A stretch of 64,000 bases of DNA from positions 1 through 64,000 of the IMG/VR virus record IMGVR_UViG_3300009166_000001; one strand, written 5' to 3'. Under the pieces are notes generated by a model. That model did no database searches. It was not told where the DNA came from and saw only the letters and a program-made list of their open reading frames with translations. Of the stretch, positions 48,501 to 57,657 are shown in pieces. Source of the DNA: a virus. The translations under genes and the position numbers were made by a program. Position 1 is the first letter of the stretch. The number at the start of each line of letters is the position of its first letter.

Positions 48501-49995
48501 CCCCAAGTGCCGTGATGTGCGGCAGGAAGTCCACCAGGGAGTCGGACAGCGAATCGATCATCCCCGCAGCCGCACTCCCTTCTTTGGCCGGGAACAACGC
48601 CCGAATCGCCCCCCCAGGACCGAACCGCAGACCCATCGACGCTGCCTTGATCAGCTTCCCAACTCCACCCGGCTCCGTGTCCGACGCGAGGTGCTTCATC
48701 CAGTCCACGGTGGACTTGTACCCCGCCTTCAAGTTCTTCATGTACGGCTTCCACTCGTCCTTCGAGATCGCCATGAAGCGCATCTTCTGCGCCTCACGCA
48801 TCAGGTCGAGTGATTCAGCCATCGTCCTGCCAGTACCACCCCACTCCTTCCCGAACTTGTTCATCGAATCCGTACCGGCTTTGACCCCCTCCAACTGCCC
48901 CATCGCCTTGTCCATGTCGATGGTCTGGTCGGTCAAGAACCGGAGCATCGAGGAGTCCTCCCCCAACGTCAGCTTCAGCCGATTCAGGAAGAACTGCGAA
49001 CTCTGGTCGCTCTGGTCCATGTTGTCCATGAGCACCCGAAGCTGCTTCACGAACTCCATCGGATCCTGCTGGACCAACTTGAAGGCCGCGTCCCAGTTCC
49101 CAATGGACAACCCCAACTTGTCTGCCAGGGGTCCGAAGTCTTTTCCAAGCCCCACGAAAGTACCCTGGAACGTCGCCATGTCTTTCGTGAGCATGTTGAA
49201 CACGTTCAAGGACTGCGATAGCGCCTCCGGGAAGTCCATCCCCAAGGTCTTCGATGATACGAGTGCCAGCCCGTAGATACCCTTCGTGAACTTCGAGATT
49301 GCCTCTGGGCCGTTCTTCAAGAGCACCTTGGACAAGTTCTCGTCCAGCGCCTTCGTCACGTCCCCAAGGCTCGCTACGGCCTCTTTCCCGAACCCGAACG
49401 AGCGCCCCGCCTCCACTATCCACGGCACCAGTTCCCCAAGCTGATCCTTCGACAATCCCCAGGACCGGCCCAGGTCCGCGATCTGCGACCCGAACTTGTC
49501 CATCTCGACCCCGGACACCTCCCCGAACTTCACGATGTCCTTCGTGGACTTCAGCCCGATGGCCTTGAACTCCTCCTCGTAGAGCGTGAGAGCCTTGACC
49601 GCCTTCCCGACTACCTCCGCTCCCACGTTCATCCCGATGGATAGCCCGACGATCTGCCCCTTCGCCTTCTTCGCCGCTGCCCCCGTGAGCCCCAGGGACG
49701 CCACGATGGGCCTCGCTACCTTCGCGGCCGATGCCGCCATGCCTTCGAGGCTCGTAGAGTTGACCGATGCTGAATCTGCAATTGATTGCAACCCGGACTC
49801 GACCCGATCCAGTTGCTTCTGACTCAGTTCCTTGAAGAAGTTGTTGACGTTATCGACGTTCGCCTGGAACCGCTCCCCCAAGCCGTCCACCGCAGATCCC
49901 AGACCTTCGACTGCCGACGCTGCTCCACGGGCAGTACGCGATAGGCCAGCGTCTTTCCCTGTGAAGGCAAACCCAACTCCGGCGTCGAATGGCAC
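45550..49995 (-). CDS. tape measure protein
   Basis: 1481 aa, A/G-rich helical with hydrophobic segments; between chaperone and baseplate. Confidence 0.85.
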   Translation of the reverse strand: MPFDAGVGFAFTGKDAGLSRTARGAASAVEGLGSAVDGLGERFQANVDNVNNFFKELSQKQLDRVESGLQSIADSASVNSTSLEGMAASAAKVARPIVASLGLTGAAAKKAKGQIVGLSIGMNVGAEVVGKAVKALTLYEEEFKAIGLKSTKDIVKFGEVSGVEMDKFGSQIADLGRSWGLSKDQLGELVPWIVEAGRSFGFGKEAVASLGDVTKALDENLSKVLLKNGPEAISKFTKGIYGLALVSSKTLGMDFPEALSQSLNVFNMLTKDMATFQGTFVGLGKDFGPLADKLGLSIGNWDAAFKLVQQDPMEFVKQLRVLMDNMDQSDQSSQFFLNRLKLTLGEDSSMLRFLTDQTIDMDKAMGQLEGVKAGTDSMNKFGKEWGGTGRTMAESLDLMREAQKMRFMAISKDEWKPYMKNLKAGYKSTVDWMKHLASDTEPGGVGKLIKAASMGLRFGPGGAIRALFPAKEGSAAAGMIDSLSDSLVDFLPHITALGALGFRPAMLAAPFKMALSPLSMLGGPLASFSGMLGGLPKLALSIFGPLGILAVAIGGFTLLSRKWKDGEESSIAKFFKTELPIMLLRGLNYLLTGKDLEKGEKKALAKLAGPELWGKVASDGMEAFGKAFTVGMEAFEIGSDVLVTLATKLAEGISNALAKADYEKFGESLAKIAVNLTSAVGKVVAKTPDLISGLAKGIASAFGKIEWGKMFGGAEKEIEGASGGIGDAVKAGFGLENVLGAGALIGLPLVLGGIKKIRKDGMGMLGALGKKATKAPAGVLAGIPECVPTCGMEGAGGGAPMLPGAISGPGAVMQTQPGRWAAMKAGMGKAVGWKGVTGMGAGAGMLPGLAMGGVAAAGGEIGVGAGLAGYGGAAAMGGVKAVPVAAALTAAGGAVKGFREQWAIAMDDIQGETATTSDYIEASFKGAMGGVVEASDTMTLGITRKLRDATAEWMGLNKITGEQIGKTFEWLWEKITGGAAWAIGFVADSFKNLGVGAWKVIQGIGSTLVSSGKTWVEFFKGKAAEFWEYGKLIVLKANLQLKKLWWGIQDVLDQAVLGSMTMFKNVIGGFYTLLDKLPESAKKTLREFEGFKTFENFVLSVGETVDKEINKKLEESDKKRIERKKEEAALNGQIIQQAQTYQAQQIQTNQKVAASQEKTIENLSALWEGTKQMGKGAAGAAATVAALALAPAMPVIGLGVAFAPESWKQAISGALGQEGAAAMSKSTEKTLDDIERQIIGLQNDQEVVTKKSVTGLTEQVQKGAVATLESFSGMAADLGVKKGKMPKLQKDAASILSEMSKAATPEEAATMMKEAVAGYEGADKGAMLQMLSASGGVLFSQGSLSGMVGKTKGEMAKEGLAFTEALAGAQLEGLTDVIPKGKKGKAAKAAQVKAATETAEAAKSVSAGVAAAQAAYTTGGVTVTAPPPPAAKIKGLGVVASAGGVTQATAGGNVIVNMPDKLYIKGKLSDTGDAQMLGAYG

Positions 49996-49996
49996 G

Positions 49997-50200
49997 TCAC
50001 CTTCTCCTGCCCCCGCGCACTCTTGCCTTCGACTCGGCTACGTTGTGGGCTTTCTGCTGCTCTTCCTCGTGCAACAACACCCAGCGATGACGCCTCGAAA
50101 CCGGGATCTTCATGGCGTCCGTGTACGTGGTGCGATAATACACCATGAACGCCCGGATTTCTGCCTCTAACCGCTCTGCCCCTCCCGTGGAAAGAAAAAA
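49997..50200 (-). CDS. tail assembly chaperone C-terminal extension (reached by -1 frameshift)
   Basis: YY.TTY.DAMKIPVSRR.RW motif; slippery T_TTT_TTC at 50200-50194. Confidence 0.7.
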   Translation of the reverse strand, partial: FFLSTGGAERLEAEIRAFMVYYRTTYTDAMKIPVSRRHRWVLLHEEEQQKAHNVAESKARVRGGRRR

Positions 50201-51123
50201 CTGCGATCCGTGATGTCCAGCGTGAACTTCTGGCTCGGGTCCGTACAACTCGGATTCGAGCACTGCGCCCCCACGGTCAGATCAATGTCCCCTTCGACCC
50301 GCACGAACTCGTTGCGGAGCGCATTGCGGTCTGCCTGCGACATCAGCTTCACCGCACGGAACAGCGTCACCAGGGACTTGTCCTGCCGGATCTTCCCGTC
50401 GTTCGTGAAGTGCTCATCGGACAGACCCATCGGCGTCCCATCAATGGCCGTGATCCTGCCCATGATTCTCCACGTCAAGGCATCCTTGTCCCCGACCTGC
50501 GCCGACACCGCCGCCACTCTGGCTTCCCTCTCCCCGTCGTAGGAGTGCCACCGCACCAGCACGTCCTTCCCCGCCTTCGCACTGGCCCGCGGCAACCGGA
50601 ACTCCCACTCCACCTTCTCCGGCTGTAGCGGACGGACGAAGGTGATCGTGGACAGGTCCGGGCTCGCCTTGTACGTCGTCTTGCACGCCGCGCACTTCAC
50701 TTCCATCCCGTGAATGTCGTCACCGTGAGTCACGCGACGGACACAGATCAGGACCGCCGCTCGATCCAGGACGGACAGCTTCGGTACGATGCTCTTGATC
50801 GCTACCTCGTCCACGATGGATCCGATGCCCTGGATCTTCCTGGACAGGATCTTGTTCAGCCTCAGTGGGTAGGACGACGTGTCGCTCACCAGCACGTCCT
50901 CGTCCTCGCCGTCCAGTTCGCACACCGTCACGTCCCGGTGAAGCGTGCTGCCATCCCAGAACCCTCCCGGCAGCTTGGCGATCATGACGCTCGACTTCGC
51001 ATCGACCGTCCGGGGGATCTTGTGATGGCGCTCGAACAGTGCCTCCATCGATCCCGGCTCCGACAGGCCAGGAATTCCGTCCACGACTTCGGAAGTGATT
51101 TCGAGGCTAGTTGCGTCCGACAT
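50167..51123 (-). CDS. tail assembly / baseplate hub chaperone (T4 gp26-like)
   Basis: LPGG, EDED.L, DR..L...RR.T.G, two CxxC, SFFFP end. Confidence 0.75.
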   Translation of the reverse strand: MSDATSLEITSEVVDGIPGLSEPGSMEALFERHHKIPRTVDAKSSVMIAKLPGGFWDGSTLHRDVTVCELDGEDEDVLVSDTSSYPLRLNKILSRKIQGIGSIVDEVAIKSIVPKLSVLDRAAVLICVRRVTHGDDIHGMEVKCAACKTTYKASPDLSTITFVRPLQPEKVEWEFRLPRASAKAGKDVLVRWHSYDGEREARVAAVSAQVGDKDALTWRIMGRITAIDGTPMGLSDEHFTNDGKIRQDKSLVTLFRAVKLMSQADRNALRNEFVRVEGDIDLTVGAQCSNPSCTDPSQKFTLDITDRSFFFPREGQSG

Positions 51124-51520
51124 CTTCTACGACCTCCATGTGTGCTGTGATCAGTTCACGCACGGCTCGGCTGACAGTGGTTCCTCGATACCTGCATACC
51201 GCCTGGAACCTAGCGTGCAGGCTTCCGTCGATCTCGATGTTCAATCTCGCCGCCTTGATCGGCTTCAGCATCCCCGGTAGCCCTTCCCGAAACTTCGCGT
51301 CTTTCCCTGCTCGGAGGTTGCACCGGGCGCACAGCGCCACACCGCTCGACAAGTCCAGCGTGCCATCCTTGCTCACGATGCCTCGCCCGTCGAACAGGTA
51401 CGCCACCAGTTCATCCTTTGAGTCGCAGCAGACACACTTCTCGTCCCTCGCCTTCACGGCCAGGGACCAGATGACTTCCGGGGCTGGGAGATTGACTATC
51501 TTCGGTTCGGGGTCCGACAT
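51107..51520 (-). CDS. HNH-like Zn-finger fused to a C-terminal ribbon-helix-helix
   Basis: VKARD.KCVCC..GVALCARC; RLNIEIDGSLHARFQAVC..G.TVS.AVRELI; own promoter 51528-51556. Confidence 0.6.
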   Translation of the reverse strand: MSDPEPKIVNLPAPEVIWSLAVKARDEKCVCCDSKDELVAYLFDGRGIVSKDGTLDLSSGVALCARCNLRAGKDAKFREGLPGMLKPIKAARLNIEIDGSLHARFQAVCRYRGTTVSRAVRELITAHMEVVEDVGRN

Positions 51521-51570
51521 ACGCGCAAAGTTACCCCTCCGCGCATACCCTGTCAACCGTGCAATTCGCG

Positions 51571-51969
51571 CTATTCGTGGATCTTGAACTCGGCCTTGTC
51601 GATGAGTGGGATCCTGTTGTCCAGCGCATCCTCGTACCACAGGTCGTACCAGTACAGGTCCGGGTCGATGGCTTCCGTCAGGATCCCCACCAGAAGCAAC
51701 TGGATCTGTCCGTCCGCTGGAGTCGTAATGTTCAGGTAGGGTCCCGCACTGTCCAGGCTCACAATGGGGTCTACGTAGCGGATATCGTCCTCTACGATTC
51801 TTCGGCTCTTGTACGCCTTGAAGAACACCGTCAGGCCCGTCAAGTTCACCGACGAACCGTCCTGGTTCTGTGCCACGATCTCGAACTCGTTCATGACGCC
51901 CCTCGTGACCGACAAGGCGTTCCTCTTGAAGCCAACCATAGGAGCATGAGGCAGCGACACCAACGCCAT
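51571..51969 (-). CDS. BppU-like Ig-fold virion protein
   Basis: VNLTG.TV.F...G.I.L...T......Y.YDL. Confidence 0.55.
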   Translation of the reverse strand: MALVSLPHAPMVGFKRNALSVTRGVMNEFEIVAQNQDGSSVNLTGLTVFFKAYKSRRIVEDDIRYVDPIVSLDSAGPYLNITTPADGQIQLLLVGILTEAIDPDLYWYDLWYEDALDNRIPLIDKAEFKIHE

Positions 51970-52001
51970 TGGACCCACCTTCTCCGCTGATGCCAGCCGT
52001 C

Positions 52002-52495
52002 TCACGGAATGAAGTACGTCATCGCGTTCCAGACCGACCACACGAACGCTACCGCACTCAGGATGGCAACGATGAACCAGATCCGGAAGTCGTATCGTTG
52101 CTTCTTCGTGAGCATCTTGATGTACTGCTCCTCAGAACAATCCATCGGCGGATACACGATCTTGGACGGCTCCGGCCCGCTGTAGTCCGGGAGACCCGGC
52201 GTCAGCCCGATCCTGTCCCTCAGTTCGGCATGGGTCATCATTCACCTCCGATCTGACGATACATTCCCGCGCCTGCCCGTGGACCCATCGGTCCCCACCG
52301 GATAAGGCGATCACGAATCGTCTCTCCGGTTCCAGCGTGCAGAACATGCTCGTGGACGTAGTGCTTCGTCATTGACTCCGACATTTCCTTCTTCAAGAAC
52401 CTATAAGCCGCAAACACCGATCCGACTATAGTAAGAAATAGGAATATTGCACTCACGATTATTGTGAGAACACCCCTAAGATCATCTGCGCTCAT
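52002..52495 (-). other. two small membrane proteins (52238-52495, 52002-52241), holin-like candidates
   Basis: one hydrophobic segment each. Confidence 0.4.
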
Positions 52496-53318
52496 GCTCT
52501 CCTCCGGCCCCTCGCATTACCTCGTAGCCTACTTCCCCCCACGTCATTCCGGGGCACTTCGAGCATAGAACTCCAAGATTGATCAGCCCTCCCGCTTCTA
52601 CCGCTGTCAGCGGCTCCTTGACTGCTCCCCGGTACGCCTCGAACTTCATCGGCGTCACCAGCAGCTTCCTGTCTATAGTCTCTTGCATCGCGCCCCACAG
52701 CCTCATGCCCTTCGGCGTGTCCAGCAGTCCGGACAAGCCGTTCACCTTCAGGTAGCTCGCGCACGCGCCCGTAGGCGCGGGCGTGGCCAGGACTGGCTTT
52801 ATCTCCTCGAACTTCGCCAGGGCATCCTTGACCGATCCGAACTCCTCGTAGACCTCGAACTCCTCATCCCACTTCCCCCGCTCGACAGCAAACGTCCTGT
52901 GAACCCTTGGCGTCCCCTCGATCATCTGGTTCGTCACGATGGTCCTGGAAACAGCCCCCATGCTCTCCAGGACGCTCGCCTTCCCCGCTGCCCGTGCCAC
53001 CTCGTCCAGTGCCACGTCGAAGTAGTCCCGCGGCCACTCCACCACCGCAGAGAACACCTCGTCCGTCACCCGTACTCCGACTGCCCGTGGATTGTAGGCG
53101 CTACGCTTCATCCAGACCCGCGTGAAGCCTTCATCCGGCAGAGGCAGCACCACTGGCGTCCCCGTCTCCCGGTGCTCCCTGGTAGTCACGACAGCCACGT
53201 CCACAAGCTCTACCTTCTCGCGGTGCAAGTGTCCCACGAACAGGCTCCCCGCCATGTGAGGACTACACGCAGGATCCGGTTCCTGGTTCAGATGCTCTAT
53301 GAGTGCCTGTCCGATCAT
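52482..53318 (-). CDS. hypothetical protein
   Basis: ORF; palindrome directly at its start. Confidence 0.6.
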   Translation of the reverse strand: MIGQALIEHLNQEPDPACSPHMAGSLFVGHLHREKVELVDVAVVTTREHRETGTPVVLPLPDEGFTRVWMKRSAYNPRAVGVRVTDEVFSAVVEWPRDYFDVALDEVARAAGKASVLESMGAVSRTIVTNQMIEGTPRVHRTFAVERGKWDEEFEVYEEFGSVKDALAKFEEIKPVLATPAPTGACASYLKVNGLSGLLDTPKGMRLWGAMQETIDRKLLVTPMKFEAYRGAVKEPLTAVEAGGLINLGVLCSKCPGMTWGEVGYEVMRGAGGEHERR

Positions 53319-53352
53319 GTGCAATTGATTTCACCACATCCCATCCACCAGT

Positions 53353-54036
53353 TCAAGTGGCAACCGATAGCTCCTCGATTCGATGCGGCTGGACCGCCAA
53401 CTCCGCTATCGACACATCCCCACTCATGGCGTCGAAGTCCGACGCAGCCTTCCAGCGTGTCGGCAAGCATTTCCGAAGGATCCACGCCTTCGCAGGGAAC
53501 CTCGGAGCATGATCTACAGGTGGAGCATACCCCGATGCCTGAAGCGCCATCCCTGCCCCCTGTGCCCCAAAAACTTGCACTCCCCCCACCGGCGATGCCT
53601 TCATGATCTTCACCATCATCGCCCCCTGGATCCCCGCCAGACCCAGGAGATTCAGCGTTCCAGCCACTCCACCGCCTCTCGCCTGCTCCGCTATCGTGAT
53701 CGGGGAGATTGCGAAGTAGTGGACCAGCATGAGATCCCGCTTCACGACCCCCTGGCCCTGGATCGCCTTGATCGCCCACTTGTAGAAGTCGGAGTCGTAG
53801 AACTGAACCCCACGCCCCAAGGTCATCTCACCTACCGTGGCCTTCCGGATGTGGTGCTGCGGGTAGAACCAGTTCCCTTCGTTCACTTCCTGTGTCTCTA
53901 TCGTGATCTCCGGTGGACTACAGGACTGGAAGCCCAGCAGCGGCGTGAACGCCATTCCTCCGAAGGTAGACCAGGAAAGATCGACTATCCAGAACGGGTA
54001 GACCTGAAGATAATCGAGTACGCGGGGACGAGCCAC
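53353..54036 (-). CDS. second tail tube protein (T4 gp19 family)
   Basis: GFQSCS.PEI..E..EGN...TL.RG...FYKW; P.RWK..SDFDA.S.DVSIAEL. Confidence 0.85.
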   Translation of the reverse strand: MARPRVLDYLQVYPFWIVDLSWSTFGGMAFTPLLGFQSCSPPEITIETQEVNEGNWFYPQHHIRKATVGEMTLGRGVQFYDSDFYKWAIKAIQGQGVVKRDLMLVHYFAISPITIAEQARGGGVAGTLNLLGLAGIQGAMMVKIMKASPVGGVQVFGAQGAGMALQASGYAPPVDHAPRFPAKAWILRKCLPTRWKAASDFDAMSGDVSIAELAVQPHRIEELSVAT

Positions 54037-54051
54037 ACCGGACCCCTCCTA

Positions 54052-54600
54052 CTAGAGCGACAGGTACGCAGTCGGCTGCCAGCCCACCGGGTATGCCACG
54101 GACGGCTCGACGATCTTGAACCGCTCGATGGAGATTTCCACCTCCGCGAGAGAGATGTCGGAGGATGTCGCGTCCATGTCTCCCGCTGGCTTCATCCGGA
54201 TCGGCTGCGCCTCCTCGCACACGTACTGGCGAGCGTAGTTGAGATCCGCCCTGTTGGCGCTCTCGTCCGGTTCCTTGCCGACCCTGTGGTAGTGGTAGAT
54301 CGTCAGGGTGCCCTTGTACTCGCCGCCCTCGATGTTGAAGATCATCCACTCGTAGAACCTGGACTGCTTCGGCGTGACGCCTCTCGTCAGGGTGACGCTG
54401 CTCACCGTGGCGATTCCCGGCTGCTTGCGGGTGTACGTCATGATGCCTTCGCGGTACTCGGCGTCGTCCGTGGAAAGCTCCGGCAGTGAACAGGTGTTGA
54501 AGCCTGCCTCGATGCTGCTCAGGTAGTCGATGCCACCCGGACCCACGACCGAAGCATGGAACCTGAAGTTCTGGAAGTAGTCCGTGTTTGCGCTTCTCAT
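54052..54600 (-). CDS. tail tube protein (T4 gp19 family)
   Basis: NFRFH, AGF..CS.PE, EYREG, KQPG, VTLTRG, DMDATSSD. Confidence 0.9.
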   Translation of the reverse strand: MRSANTDYFQNFRFHASVVGPGGIDYLSSIEAGFNTCSLPELSTDDAEYREGIMTYTRKQPGIATVSSVTLTRGVTPKQSRFYEWMIFNIEGGEYKGTLTIYHYHRVGKEPDESANRADLNYARQYVCEEAQPIRMKPAGDMDATSSDISLAEVEISIERFKIVEPSVAYPVGWQPTAYLSL

Positions 54601-54615
54601 GGCTCTCTCCTCCTA

Positions 54616-57204
54616 TCAGGCAACTGCCGTAAGCTGCTGATACCTGAACAGGATGAACTCTCCCGGCGTTGTCGGGGCCAGATACACGTCGCAGATCACG
54701 ATGCCCTGCTCCGCGATGGCTGGCGTGTTGTTCGAGGTGTCGCAGACGACCTTGTAGGCCAGCGACGGGATTCCGGTCGGGAAGTAGCCCAAGCTCAGGA
54801 GTCCCGACAAGAACCCTTCCACGAGGTTCTTGATCCTGTCGTACATGCCCGTCGAGATCGTCTCGAACACGAAGCCCCACGTGCTCTTGTAGACCGACTT
54901 CTCCACGAACATGAAGAACCGACGCCTCTGGATCAGGTAGAAGTCGTCCCTGCTCAGGGTCCTGGCTCCCCAGATGACCCTCCCCGTCTCGGCCGACTCG
55001 TACAGGCAGTTGACTCCCACCTTGTTCAAGATGCCGATCTCTTCCAGGCTCAGGTTCCGCTCCAGGCCCACCACGAGATTCAGCGCACCGTCCTCCACAC
55101 CGGCGGGGGCCTTGCTCACCGTCTTGTCGTTGTCCGTCCTCGCGTATGCGCCCGCGATCCACCCGCACGGAGCCATCGACACCTGGAGATCCGTCTTCGG
55201 GTCGATGATGTTCACGAAGGGGTAGTACAGGGCGCAGAACGAGGAGTAGGACGCCAGCGTGAGCTTCTTGTAGTCCTTCGCCTGTGTCGGCGTTGCCCCC
55301 TGCGGGACGCTCGCCACGATGAACTTGTCCAGCTTCCTCTCTGCCCACGCGATCAGGTCCAGCGTGACAGTTGCGTCCGTGGCGAAGTCCGGGATCGCCA
55401 CCGTCATCATCTCGTCCGGGACGTTCAGGGCGTAGACTCCCCGGTTCGTCGCTTCCAGGGCCGGGCTCGACACCTGAAGCCTCGTGATCGGGAGCACTCC
55501 GTCCGTCCCGCCTGTCGGCGCGTCCGTGCAGAAGTCCCCACACGATGCCGTCGTGTAGTACCTCGCCCGCAGGAATCCATCCTGGTTCGGGAGACCCGCC
55601 GGGATCGGCTGCGTCGGAATCGCACTGGTCGTGAACTCCAGTGCGCCCGTGGTGTAGTCCACCGTGTTCGTCCCGGCCGGGTTCACGTCTCCGGTCAGGT
55701 TCCCCTCGCCATCGTCCGTGATCGTGAACAGCGTTCCAGCCGCATCGTAGTACCGGATCGTCAGGGTCCGGGGGATGATCGGGCTGCTCACCTGCGCCGC
55801 GTTCGCACCCTCGAACACGGTCATCACACCGTTGCCACCCGCTATCGCCTCGCCCCACACGTTGTTGTAGCTCTTGCGGAGCCTACCGTTGACGCCCCCC
55901 GTGAACGTGTCCTGCGCCGCCGTCGCGTTCATCACGATCAGGTCGGAGCCCTTGAAGGCGTCGTTGATGACCGACACGATGTAGTTCGCGCTCGTGGGGT
56001 CCGTCAGATCCAGTTCCGTGAAGGTCTCCTTCAGAGTCAGGACGCCCTCTATCGGGTCGTCGTACCAGACCTCGATGTCCACCCTGCTGTACTGGCCCGT
56101 CGATGCCGTGTAGAACTCCTCGCTGCCGTAGACCCGGATCTCCAGATCGTTGCCCCATGCCCCCCTGGAGGTGGCACAGAACCCGAAGTCGTCCTGGATG
56201 TAGTCCGCGAGCACCTGCGAGCCTGCCATGACCGGAGCCGGTGCGGCTCCCGTCCCGAAGTGGAACGTGAAGGCTCCCGCCACGCCTGCCAGACCAGTGC
56301 CGTCGTAGTCGATCCACCTCGGCTGCGCCGGATCGATGGCTCCTACCAGAACACCAGCTAGGTCCGTCACGGTCCTCTCGGTCCCGTAGTTGAACGGGTT
56401 GGGGTTCGTGATCGAGTTGCCTGCTCCGATGTTCGTCGGCACCGTGAACAGCGCCATGTCGATGACCACGATCCCTGTCTGGCAGTCGATGTAGCCTACC
56501 GTGGCGAACGGCGCTACCGACTCCCGCAGCGCGATGATGTCGTTGGCCGGTGCGGTAGCCAACATGTCTACCGTCCTCGCCACCGCTCCACCGTCGAGCC
56601 ACGTGAACGCCCCCACGAGCAGTGCCAGCGGACGCTCTATCGGACGGATCGGATTCCCACCCGCGTCCTGGATCTGGAAGACCACCCTCGTCTCCGGTGC
56701 CGCACCTGCCGTGTAGTGAGTGATTCCACCCGCGAGAATCGTCTGCTCCCACCACCGGAATCTCACGGTGCCCGCCGTGAGAGGAGCCGGTGCATCGACC
56801 GGCACGTTGATCAGGTCGTTGGCGTTCGGTCCCGGCAGTCCAGAACTGGCGCTCCGGCAGAGAAGCGTACCGCTCGCTATGTCGGCATCCACCTCTTCGT
56901 CGAGCACGTTGTTCTCGATGAACCCGCAGGCTGCCACCGCGTCCGGACGGCACACCCTCACCACGTATGCCTGACGCCCCTCCTGTGCGAAGAAGGCGTA
57001 CACCTGCATCGCCAGCGTGCTGTCCGTGATGAAGTCACCGAACTGCTCCTGGAACTGCGTGAACGACGTGATCAGGGTCGCCTCGTCCTCAGGTCCACGC
57101 TCGGCCGCTCCCACAACCCCGAAGTTGCTGGTGCTGACACCCTGGATCGGAGCAATCCTGCGGCGCTCCTCGTTGTAGATGCCCGGATACGAGAACTGCG
57201 GCAT
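54616..57204 (-). CDS. contractile tail sheath protein
   Basis: YPGIY.EE, GAAERGP, GAWGN, YYP, P.G.IAG.YARTD, KAPAG, WGARTL, RR, P.EFI. Confidence 0.95.
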   Translation of the reverse strand: MPQFSYPGIYNEERRRIAPIQGVSTSNFGVVGAAERGPEDEATLITSFTQFQEQFGDFITDSTLAMQVYAFFAQEGRQAYVVRVCRPDAVAACGFIENNVLDEEVDADIASGTLLCRSASSGLPGPNANDLINVPVDAPAPLTAGTVRFRWWEQTILAGGITHYTAGAAPETRVVFQIQDAGGNPIRPIERPLALLVGAFTWLDGGAVARTVDMLATAPANDIIALRESVAPFATVGYIDCQTGIVVIDMALFTVPTNIGAGNSITNPNPFNYGTERTVTDLAGVLVGAIDPAQPRWIDYDGTGLAGVAGAFTFHFGTGAAPAPVMAGSQVLADYIQDDFGFCATSRGAWGNDLEIRVYGSEEFYTASTGQYSRVDIEVWYDDPIEGVLTLKETFTELDLTDPTSANYIVSVINDAFKGSDLIVMNATAAQDTFTGGVNGRLRKSYNNVWGEAIAGGNGVMTVFEGANAAQVSSPIIPRTLTIRYYDAAGTLFTITDDGEGNLTGDVNPAGTNTVDYTTGALEFTTSAIPTQPIPAGLPNQDGFLRARYYTTASCGDFCTDAPTGGTDGVLPITRLQVSSPALEATNRGVYALNVPDEMMTVAIPDFATDATVTLDLIAWAERKLDKFIVASVPQGATPTQAKDYKKLTLASYSSFCALYYPFVNIIDPKTDLQVSMAPCGWIAGAYARTDNDKTVSKAPAGVEDGALNLVVGLERNLSLEEIGILNKVGVNCLYESAETGRVIWGARTLSRDDFYLIQRRRFFMFVEKSVYKSTWGFVFETISTGMYDRIKNLVEGFLSGLLSLGYFPTGIPSLAYKVVCDTSNNTPAIAEQGIVICDVYLAPTTPGEFILFRYQQLTAVA

Positions 57205-57233
57205 GGTGGCCTCCTCGCCTATCTGTCAGAGCC

Positions 57234-57653
57234 CTAGTCGCCTTCGGGCTTACGCTCCCTGCGCTCCCTGTCCTTCCGATCCCGCCTCGACTCCGACTTC
57301 GACTGCTCACCATGCGTCTCGTCTGCGAATTCCTTGATCGCCTTCTCGAAAGGCAACGGATCTCTCGACTGCCCCTCACGCGGGGCATCTTCCTTCGCCT
57401 TCTCTACTTCGACCGTCTGCGCCTCGATGACCTTCGTCCTCTCGGCCGCTACCACCGGCGCTACCCCGAACTTCGCCGCAATCTCGGCCGGTGGGTTCTT
57501 GCGCTTGAACAGGTGCCTCGAATGGGCCGGAAACGCCATCCCCTCCGGAGCCAGGAAGTACGAGTGCGGCGTCACCAGAGACGGCTGGCCATCCAGGATC
57601 AGGCTCTCTACCCGATTCCCCACGAAGTACCAGAACACGTTCGTCCCTGCCAT
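57234..57653 (-). CDS. hypothetical protein
   Basis: start MAGTN at 57653. Confidence 0.55.
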   Translation of the reverse strand: MAGTNVFWYFVGNRVESLILDGQPSLVTPHSYFLAPEGMAFPAHSRHLFKRKNPPAEIAAKFGVAPVVAAERTKVIEAQTVEVEKAKEDAPREGQSRDPLPFEKAIKEFADETHGEQSKSESRRDRKDRERRERKPEGD

Positions 57654-57657
57654 GGCC

